The notes below the pieces were generated by a model. That model ran no database searches and was not told the origin of the DNA. It worked only from the letters and a program-made list of their open reading frames with translations. From NCBI GenBank assembly GCA_036515135.1, contig DATBVX010000125.1, positions 1 to 63,902 of the forward strand: 63,902 bases of DNA. Reading direction: 5' to 3'. This stretch comes from Steroidobacteraceae bacterium (GTDB lineage Bacteria; Pseudomonadota; Gammaproteobacteria; Steroidobacterales; Steroidobacteraceae). Of the stretch, positions 56,977-63,902 are shown in pieces (the first letter of the stretch is position 1; each line of letters begins with the position of its first letter). Both the position numbers and the translations under genes were made by a program.

Positions 56977-58037
56977 CAGTCGAAGCTCCGCAATGCAAGA
57001 CCGCAGGCCGTGAGCAGCGCGGTCGCGTCTTTCTTGACTGCCTGCGCCTTGGCTCGCGATGACAGCTTCATCTGCCCGAGCGGATCGCCGCGCTCGGCCG
57101 GAATTCCCACGCGGCTGGCGATCACGTCATCGACGCCGGCGATGTTGGCGCAGCCGCCGCAAACCAGGATCTTCTCCGGCTGCTCGCGGCCGCTGCCCGA
57201 GGCGAGGTAGAACTGCAGCGAGCGGCTGACCTGCTGGGTCATGTCGTCGATAAATGGATCGAGGACTTCGGGCTGATAGTTGCTCGGCAGGCCACCCTCT
57301 TTCTTGGCGCGACCCGCCTCCTCCATGCTCAATCCATAGGTGCGCATGATCTCTTCGGTCAGCTGCTGGCCGCCGAAGGCGAAATCGCGCGTGTAGATGA
57401 CCTTGAGATCCTTGAGCACGCTGAAAGTCGTGCTGCTCGCGCCGAAGTCGATGACCGCGATGGTGCGATCGATGCCGCCGTCGGGCATCTGGTGCGTGAG
57501 CAGCTTGCAGGCGTTCTCGAGGGCGAACGCCTCGACGTCGACGATTTTGGCCAAAAGGCCGGCGGCCAACACCGCCGCCTGGCGCTGCTCAACGTTCTCG
57601 GTGCGCGTGGCAACCAGGAGAACGTCGACCATTTCAGGGTCCTTCTCCGATGGGCCGACTCTCTGAAAGTCGTAGCTCACCTCTTCCATCGGAAACGGGA
57701 TGTACTGGTCCGCCTGCAGCTCGACCTGACCCTCGAGGTCGGCCTCGCTCAGCGACTTCGGCATCTGGATCACTTTCGTGATCGCGGCATCGCCGCTGAT
57801 CGCGACCGCCGCTTCACGGCTCTTTGCGCCGGAGCGCTTGACCGCGCGTCGGATGGCTTCACCGACCGCTTCGGCGTCGACGATCGCCTTTTCGTTGATC
57901 GCATTGTGCGGAGTGGGTTCGGCCGCGTACGACTCGACGCGGAATTGCCCCCCGGCCATGCTGAGCTCGATCAGCTTCACCGAGGAGGTCGTTATGTCTA
58001 GGCCCAGCAGTGGGCGATATTTCGGGCCGAACAGCAC
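56976..58037 (-). CDS. pilM: Type IV pilus assembly ATPase-fold protein PilM
   Basis: LLGLDITTSSVKLIELS actin-like fold. Stop/start overlap with pilN. Confidence 0.9.
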   Translation of the reverse strand: MLFGPKYRPLLGLDITTSSVKLIELSMAGGQFRVESYAAEPTPHNAINEKAIVDAEAVGEAIRRAVKRSGAKSREAAVAISGDAAITKVIQMPKSLSEADLEGQVELQADQYIPFPMEEVSYDFQRVGPSEKDPEMVDVLLVATRTENVEQRQAAVLAAGLLAKIVDVEAFALENACKLLTHQMPDGGIDRTIAVIDFGASSTTFSVLKDLKVIYTRDFAFGGQQLTEEIMRTYGLSMEEAGRAKKEGGLPSNYQPEVLDPFIDDMTQQVSRSLQFYLASGSGREQPEKILVCGGCANIAGVDDVIASRVGIPAERGDPLGQMKLSSRAKAQAVKKDATALLTACGLALRSFD

Positions 58038-58487
58038 AGTTTTTCCCTTTAAGAAGAACGAGTTAACTGGCTAAACGCAAAGCTCACCAAAAAAAGCGGG
58101 GCAAGTTATAACAGTCAAGTGTTAAATCGAGCGTGACTACATTCACACAATAGCTGCGCGGCTTCGATTCCGCGACGCCGATACCAGGATCGGAAGCTCA
58201 TCCGTGTCACGCGAAATACCCCATAAGCGATCAGCGCCAATCAGGACGCCAAGCTCGAGTCGGGGAAGGTGGACCCCTGCAGCGTTCAAGTCACGGGAGG
58301 GAACGAGTGGCTGGTGATTTTGCCCAGCAAATATGTTCTATCGTTCCGCCCGGTAACCCCGCTGTCGTAGGCTTTCATCCCTTAGACCGGAGGCTTTGCG
58401 TCCCCGCCTTTCGGCGAGTTTGCCCTTGACCCCTCGGCTAATATGCATAAACCACTTCGCTGAAGCAAGCACTTAGAGTTCCTTCCT

Positions 58488-60953
58488 GTGAAGCAACGTT
58501 ACCTTAGAGCCGGCTTCGTGACGCTGGTCGCCTTATTGCTCCTCGCGGGGTCGATCGGCTACGCCGCGCTCTGCGCCTTTGTGTACCTGGCACCGGCCCT
58601 GCCGGACGTGGACACGCTGCGAGATGTCCGTTTGCAGGTGCCGCTGCGCGTCTACAGCCGCGACGGACGCGTCATTGCCCAGATCGGCGAATACCGGCGC
58701 ATCCCGGTGTCCTACGAGGACATCCCCGAACGCGTGCAGCAGGCGTTTCTGGCCGCCGAGGACGACCGTTTCTTCCAGCATCACGGCGTCGATTACGCGG
58801 GACTCATGCGTGCCACGCTGATCAACCTGGTTTCCGGCCAGCCGAGCCAGGGCGGCGGGACGATCACAATGCAACTGGCGCGCAACATGTTCCTGACGCC
58901 AGAGCGCCGCTTCGACCGTAAGCTCAAGGAGATCTTCCTGTCGTTTCGCATCGAGAATGCTTTCACCAAGCCGGAAATTCTTACGCTCTACCTCAACAAG
59001 ATCTTCCTCGGGCAGCGGGCCTACGGCGCCGCGGCAGCCGCGGAGGTTTACTTCGGCAAGGCTTTAGACGATCTGACGCTGGCGGAGACCGCCACGATCG
59101 CCGGCATACCGCGCGCCCCATCGCGCGACAATCCGATCGCGAGCGCCGATCGCGCCAAGGCGCGCCGTGCGTACGTGCTCAGACGCATGTTGGAAACGGA
59201 TCAGATCGGAGAGGCTGAGTTCGACGCTGCGATGCAGGCGCCAATGCCCTCGCGGCTGCACGGTCCCAGCGTTGAGGTGGAGGCGCCCTACGTCGGTGAA
59301 ATGGCGCGCAGCGATGCCTTCGAGCGCTACGGCGATGTGGCCTACACGGCCGGCTACCGAGTCATCACCACCATCGATAGTCGATTGCAGCAGGCCGCGA
59401 ACACAGCCCTGCGGCTCGGCCTGATCGAGTATGACCGCCGGCACGGGTACCGCGGGCCCCTCGCGCATATCGATTTCACGCCCGGGCAAGCGCCGGCGGA
59501 GCTCATCGCCACACTGGAGCAACACCCCTCGATCAACGTGCTCGAACCCGCGCTGGTCACCGAAGTGGCCGAGCGCGCCGCGAGGGTCCTGTTACGCGAT
59601 GGCCTGGCGGCCACCCTCGATTGGACGGGTCTTTCATGGGCACGGCGTGCTGTCGATGACCGTCTCGGCCCCGAGCTGAAGCGCGCGACCGAGGTCGTAA
59701 GTCCGGGCGACGTGGTGTACGTCATTCGCACGGGCAACACGGTACAGCTCGCTCAGTCGCCGGTTGCGCAGGGCGCCCTCGTCGCCCTCGATCCGGCCGA
59801 TGGCGGCATCGTCGCCCTGAACGGCGGTTTTGATTTCTTCGTGAGCAAGTTCAACCGTGTCGTCCAGGCGCGGCGCCAGCCGGGCTCCGCATTCAAACCC
59901 TTCATCTATTCAGCGGCACTCGAAAACGCATTCACGCCGGCGAGCATCGTGCTCGACGCACCGGTGGTGTTCGAAGACGACGCGACTGAAGACACCTGGC
60001 GGCCGGAAAACGCGACCGGCCAGTTCTATGGACCCACGCGGCTGCGGGAGGCGCTGGTGCGCTCGCGCAACTTAGTGTCGGTGCGATTGATGCGCGCCAT
60101 GGGGACGGCCTACACGATGGACTATTTGACGAATTTCGGTTTCGAGCGCGCCGATCTGCCCGACGACCTGACGCTGGCGCTCGGGAGTCTGCAACTCACG
60201 CCGGCGGAGCTCGGCGCGGGTTTCGCCACGTTCGCCAACGGCGGTTATCGCGTGCGACCGTACTACCTCGAGCGCATTGAGGATGCCAACGGCCAGACCC
60301 TCTATCAGAGCCAACCGCAGATGGTCTGCCGGGACTGCGAGGTGCTCGGAACGGGTGGCCGCCTGCCGGAGCCTCTCCCCCGCGACGGCGAGGCAATGAT
60401 TGCGGCCGTGGACGTCGTGCGCGGTGGTCGGGGATACCTGCCCGCGGCGCAGGTGGCACCGCGCGCCATCAGCGAACAGAACGCCTACCTGCTCGCCAAC
60501 ATGATGAGCGACGTGATCCGGCGCGGAACGGCGCGGCGCGCGCAAGTGCTGAATCGCGGCGACATCGCCGGCAAGACCGGCACCAGCAACGATCATCACG
60601 ACGCGTGGTTCTCGGGTTTCAACGCGCGCCTGGTCGCGACCGCCTGGGTGGGCTTCGATCAGGAAGCGTCACTCGGTGCCGGCGAGGAAGGCGGGCGCAC
60701 CGCCGTGCCGATCTGGGTACACTTCATGCGCGAAGCATTGCGTGGGACTTCCGAATCGCCCGTGCCGGCGCCGGAAGGACTCGTGACGGTCAAGATCTCT
60801 CCCGAGACCGGACTGCTGGCGAGTGCCGATGACCCTTCAGCCATATTTGAGACATTCATCGAGGGCCGGCTGCCCGAAGCGGGCGATCCTTTTGCCCGCG
60901 GTGCGCAAGCGGGGCGCGATCCCGCCACGGAGAGCGACGAGCCACTGTTCTGA
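58488..60953 (+). CDS. mrcA: Penicillin-binding protein 1A (bifunctional glycosyltransferase/transpeptidase)
   Basis: GT51 motifs (FLAAEDDRFFQHHGVD, GGGTITMQLARN, RKLKEI). Transpeptidase motifs SAFKPF, SRN, KTGT. It is divergent from pilM, as in other gamma-proteobacteria. Confidence 0.9.
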   Translation: MKQRYLRAGFVTLVALLLLAGSIGYAALCAFVYLAPALPDVDTLRDVRLQVPLRVYSRDGRVIAQIGEYRRIPVSYEDIPERVQQAFLAAEDDRFFQHHGVDYAGLMRATLINLVSGQPSQGGGTITMQLARNMFLTPERRFDRKLKEIFLSFRIENAFTKPEILTLYLNKIFLGQRAYGAAAAAEVYFGKALDDLTLAETATIAGIPRAPSRDNPIASADRAKARRAYVLRRMLETDQIGEAEFDAAMQAPMPSRLHGPSVEVEAPYVGEMARSDAFERYGDVAYTAGYRVITTIDSRLQQAANTALRLGLIEYDRRHGYRGPLAHIDFTPGQAPAELIATLEQHPSINVLEPALVTEVAERAARVLLRDGLAATLDWTGLSWARRAVDDRLGPELKRATEVVSPGDVVYVIRTGNTVQLAQSPVAQGALVALDPADGGIVALNGGFDFFVSKFNRVVQARRQPGSAFKPFIYSAALENAFTPASIVLDAPVVFEDDATEDTWRPENATGQFYGPTRLREALVRSRNLVSVRLMRAMGTAYTMDYLTNFGFERADLPDDLTLALGSLQLTPAELGAGFATFANGGYRVRPYYLERIEDANGQTLYQSQPQMVCRDCEVLGTGGRLPEPLPRDGEAMIAAVDVVRGGRGYLPAAQVAPRAISEQNAYLLANMMSDVIRRGTARRAQVLNRGDIAGKTGTSNDHHDAWFSGFNARLVATAWVGFDQEASLGAGEEGGRTAVPIWVHFMREALRGTSESPVPAPEGLVTVKISPETGLLASADDPSAIFETFIEGRLPEAGDPFARGAQAGRDPATESDEPLF

Positions 60954-60968
60954 CTAGGTGAGCGCAGC

Positions 60969-61589
60969 ATGAAACCGATGACCCGGTCCGAGGAGCTGCG
61001 ACGCGCGATCGCGCAAGAGGCGGCGCGCATCATGAGCGAGCACGGTATCGACGACTATCTGCTCGCCAAGCGCAAGGCCGCCGAGCGGCTCGGCGCCACC
61101 GATTCCGCGCTCCTTCCCAAGAATACCGAGATCGAAGCAGCGCTGGTCGAGTACCAGCGACTATTCGCCGCCGACAGCCACTCGCGCTCGCTCAAGGAGC
61201 AACGACGGGCCGCGCTCATCGCCATGCAGTTGTTGCAGGAGTTCGAGCCGCGGCTGGTAGGCCCGGTCCTGTCGGGAACCGCGACCCAGTACGCCGACGT
61301 CGATCTGCACCTGTTCGCCGACCGTGCGGAGGCGGTGATGCTGAAACTCCTGGACCGCGGCATCCGCCACGAGCTCGCCGAGCGGCGCGTCAAGATGTTC
61401 ACCGATCGCACGGTCAACCTGCCCGCCGTGCGCTTCGAGGCGGGCGAGCACGTGATTGACGCGACGGTGTTTCCATGTGACGGCATCCGCCAGGCGCCCT
61501 TCAGCCCGGTCGATGGCCGACCGATGCGGCGCGCGGGCGCTACCGAGCTGCAGTCGTTGATCGACGAGGATTGCGATATCAGCACCTGA
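60969..61589 (+). CDS. Conserved hypothetical protein with a minimal nucleotidyltransferase-like G-S-x(n)-D-x-D motif
   Basis: LVGPVLSGTATQYADVDLHLF resembles the pol-beta-fold NTase signature. It starts 15 nt after the mrcA stop. Confidence 0.45.
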   Translation: MKPMTRSEELRRAIAQEAARIMSEHGIDDYLLAKRKAAERLGATDSALLPKNTEIEAALVEYQRLFAADSHSRSLKEQRRAALIAMQLLQEFEPRLVGPVLSGTATQYADVDLHLFADRAEAVMLKLLDRGIRHELAERRVKMFTDRTVNLPAVRFEAGEHVIDATVFPCDGIRQAPFSPVDGRPMRRAGATELQSLIDEDCDIST

Positions 61590-61671
61590 CGGGAACGGTG
61601 GCCCGGCATCGCGGGAATCGGAACAAGTACGCAAACACCTCACTCCGACTCCGTGAGCGTTGATGGCTTCG

Positions 61672-61716
61672 CACCCCTCTCCCCCGTCACCGGGGGAGAG
61701 GGCGGAGTGAGGGGGC
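61672..61716. repeat. REP-like hairpin in inverted orientation (12-bp stem), likely a bidirectional terminator
   Basis: CCCTCTCCCCCG (61675-61686) pairs with CGGGGGAGAGGG (61691-61702), followed by GGAGTGAGGGG, the inverse of CCCCTCACTCC. It lies between convergent stops at 61589 and 61719. Confidence 0.8.
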
Positions 61717-61718
61717 TC

Positions 61719-63902
61719 TCAGAAGTCGTAGTTGAACAGCGCGAAGTACTCGCGCGGCCGCGCATAGGCGATCTCGGCGTAACCGCTGCCTGTGGTGAGT
61801 GAGGAATTCCCCGCGATCGGATACTCCTCGTCGGTGGCGTTGTTCACACCCAGCCTGACGTACCAGGTCTGGTTGCTGCTGCCGAACACCAGCGAGGCAT
61901 TGACGACCGTGACGCTGTCGAGCTGTGCGATTTCCGGTGTGTCGATGACATCGAAATACGTGGTGTCCTGATAGGAGACGTCCACGCGTGGCGTAATCTC
62001 GAAGTTCCCGGCATTGGCCGTATACGCGATGCCAAAGTGGCCCTGCCATTCCGGAGCGAACGGCAGCACGTTGCCCTCGACCAGGCCGGGCGGAAGGATC
62101 AAGAGTGGCGCGGGCTCCAGTTCTTCGATCGTTGCATCGAGATAGCCGACGCTCGCCTCGATGATCCAATCGGCGGTCGGCGCCCAGGTCATTTCCAGCT
62201 CGGCCCCATCGATACCGGCTTTGCCGGCATTGGTCAGAAACGGCGCGACCCCCGCGGGCAGCGGCCCGCGGTAGGTCACCTGCATGTCGGTGTAGTCGGC
62301 CGTAAAAATGGCACCGTTCAATCTGACAGTGTTGCCCGCGAGATCGAGCTTGAAGCCGAGCTCGAGGGTTTCGGCTTCCTCCTGATCGAACTTGAGAAGA
62401 GCATCCACCTGGGGCTGTGTCAGCACCGCATTGAAGTGGCTGTTCCAGCCACCGCCCTTGAATCCTTCCGCGTAGCTCAGGTAGGTCATCGCGTCTTCTG
62501 TCCAGCGGTACGCGATCGATGCGGAGGGCGTGAAGGAGGTGAACGTGTCGCGGTACCACTGCACCGGCACCTGCTTGATGGTCGGCGTGGCGAAGGCGTA
62601 TTGATCGGGATACGCCCCTTTCTCATCCTCCGTGTAGCGGCCGCCCGCCGTCAGAGCCAGCTTGTCGTTGAAGTTGTAGGTCCATTGCGTAAAGGCCGCC
62701 CAGCTGTTGTTGTCCACCTTGTTGTTGTCGCTGTCGCCCTGAATCCCGGGCGGCGGCGGATTGAGCTCCACGCTCACGATGTCGTCGGAGGCCTGCTCGA
62801 AGTAGTACAGGCCGAAAACGCCAGTCAGCGCCGTCGACTGGTGGGTGAGCTGCAATTCCTCGCTCCACTGCCAGCCGTCGACGTCGTAGATCGTGTGGAG
62901 GATCGTGAGTGGCGTGTTGTCCGCATCACGAATGCCCTCCCAGCTGATGCCCCGGTAGGAGCTGATCGACTTGAATACCAGCGTGTCACTCAGATCAAAA
63001 CTCAGGTTGAGCGACCCGCCCCAGTTGTCAAGCTTGCTCGCGAGGGGAAACGTCCCGTTGTTGCGGTAAGGGCCGCGGGCCTGAAGATCGTTGGCGCAGC
63101 GGTCGTCCTGGATCATCGGTACTGTCGGTTGATCCGGCAGTCCTGGCGGAGGTACGGCACCGTCGGTGAGCCCCGGGCAGCCCGCATCCAGGCTGGCAAC
63201 TCGCGGAAACGTCTGCGCTTCGTTGATGACCGCGAACACCAGCGGGCTGCCGTTCTCATCGGCCTGGGTGTAGTCGAAAGCGAGTGTCGCTTTCACGCTG
63301 TCGCTGGGCGTCCACACGAACTTGGCCATCGCCGTGTACCTATCGGCGTCGCCCAGGTCCGTACCGTCCGTGCGTTCGACGTAGCCGTCCTGTTGCCGGA
63401 TGCCGAAGGAAAAACGCGACTTGAAGGTGTCGGAAAACGGCGCATCAAGCGCCAGGAAGCCGTCGAGCAGACTGTCGGAACCGAAGCCCGCACGCACCGT
63501 GCCGCCGAACTCGTCCCCCGGTTCGGTCGTCGTCATGATGATCGCGCCGCCGATCGTGTTGCGGCCGAAGAGTGTGCCCTGCGGTCCGCGCAGCACCTGA
63601 ACCGAGGCGATGTCGCGCAACGTCATCGTGCCGCCGACCGCGTTGCCGATGTACACCTCGTCAATATAGAGGCCCACACCTGGATCGACCGTGGAGGTCG
63701 GATCGGTCTGACCGATGCCGCGGATGAACACCTGCGAGGAAGAATTGTTCCCCGCCAGCGGCGCGTTGTCCGCGAACTGCAGATTGGGAACGACCTGGTC
63801 GAGAACGTTGGTATTGAAGATCTGCCGTTCCACCAGCGCATCGCCACTGAACGCCGTGATCGCAATCGGCGTGTCCTGCAGGTTCTCCTCCACCTTGCGC
63901 GC
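61719..63902 (-). CDS. TonB-dependent receptor (N-terminus beyond the right edge)
   Basis: Plug motifs (EENLQDTPIAITAFS, FIRGIGQTD, VLRGPQGTLFGRNTIGGAI), a long beta-barrel, and terminal ...ALFNYDF*. The frame is open to base 63902. Confidence 0.9.
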   Translation of the reverse strand, partial: ARKVEENLQDTPIAITAFSGDALVERQIFNTNVLDQVVPNLQFADNAPLAGNNSSSQVFIRGIGQTDPTSTVDPGVGLYIDEVYIGNAVGGTMTLRDIASVQVLRGPQGTLFGRNTIGGAIIMTTTEPGDEFGGTVRAGFGSDSLLDGFLALDAPFSDTFKSRFSFGIRQQDGYVERTDGTDLGDADRYTAMAKFVWTPSDSVKATLAFDYTQADENGSPLVFAVINEAQTFPRVASLDAGCPGLTDGAVPPPGLPDQPTVPMIQDDRCANDLQARGPYRNNGTFPLASKLDNWGGSLNLSFDLSDTLVFKSISSYRGISWEGIRDADNTPLTILHTIYDVDGWQWSEELQLTHQSTALTGVFGLYYFEQASDDIVSVELNPPPPGIQGDSDNNKVDNNSWAAFTQWTYNFNDKLALTAGGRYTEDEKGAYPDQYAFATPTIKQVPVQWYRDTFTSFTPSASIAYRWTEDAMTYLSYAEGFKGGGWNSHFNAVLTQPQVDALLKFDQEEAETLELGFKLDLAGNTVRLNGAIFTADYTDMQVTYRGPLPAGVAPFLTNAGKAGIDGAELEMTWAPTADWIIEASVGYLDATIEELEPAPLLILPPGLVEGNVLPFAPEWQGHFGIAYTANAGNFEITPRVDVSYQDTTYFDVIDTPEIAQLDSVTVVNASLVFGSSNQTWYVRLGVNNATDEEYPIAGNSSLTTGSGYAEIAYARPREYFALFNYDF

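Noticed and set aside
58156-58186. tRNA-like fragment GCGCGGCTTCGATTCCGCGACGCCGATACCA (a T-arm-like TTCGATTCC followed by a 7-nt stretch and ACCA).
   Set aside because: The T-loop would be 8 nt. No complementary 5' acceptor strand, D-arm or anticodon arm can be found in the preceding ~90 nt. At best it is a decayed tRNA 3' remnant (an old integration scar), not a gene.
58590-58606. Sigma-54-like TGGCAC-N5-CTGC match.
   Set aside because: It lies inside the ponA coding sequence, its -12 element is imperfect, and no activator gene is nearby.

Overview
High-GC (roughly 65%) chromosomal segment that looks gammaproteobacterial. I can support about 60 protein-coding genes and no rRNA, tRNA or CRISPR. 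Gene calls rest on reading the translated ORFs for family motifs, start-codon and SD context, and stop/start coupling. No database search was possible.

Housekeeping and recognisable blocks:
- ponA <> pilMNOPQ-aroK-aroB-dgt-pyrF
- an AmmeMemoRadiSam triad
- cstA-ybdD
- iorAB-type molybdo-oxidoreductase
- oligopeptidase B
- a LytS/LytTR two-component pair
- an ECF sigma/FecR/TonB-dependent transducer module
- an orphan gspA/gspB pair

Main findings:
1. A tightly coupled five-gene minus-strand operon (25432-28651): CmoA-family carboxy-SAM synthase, ICMT-family membrane methyltransferase, AroQ chorismate mutase, second ICMT paralog, DedA. It reads like a self-contained chorismate -> prephenate -> Cx-SAM supply line wired to membrane transferases instead of the canonical tRNA enzyme CmoB.
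2. A 453-aa LAGLIDADG intein sits inside the CX3CX2C iron-sulfur motif of the AmmeMemoRadiSam radical SAM enzyme.
3. Three unrelated families of intergenic repeats: perfect heptanucleotide arrays with an inverted partner arm, a 28-bp perfect inverted repeat with degenerate relatives, and 'CTCACCCCAAC + CCCTCTCCCG hairpin' REP units.
4. A visibly lower-GC three-gene operon of secreted proteins with unknown function.
5. Several decayed or odd genes: a frameshifted dodecin, an internally deleted GNAT, a receiver-like/TPR/TonB-C hybrid, and a GlyGly-CTERM-like tail on an LVIVD/Calx-beta protein.

The many long ORFs antisense to or overlapping these genes are treated as high-GC artefacts.
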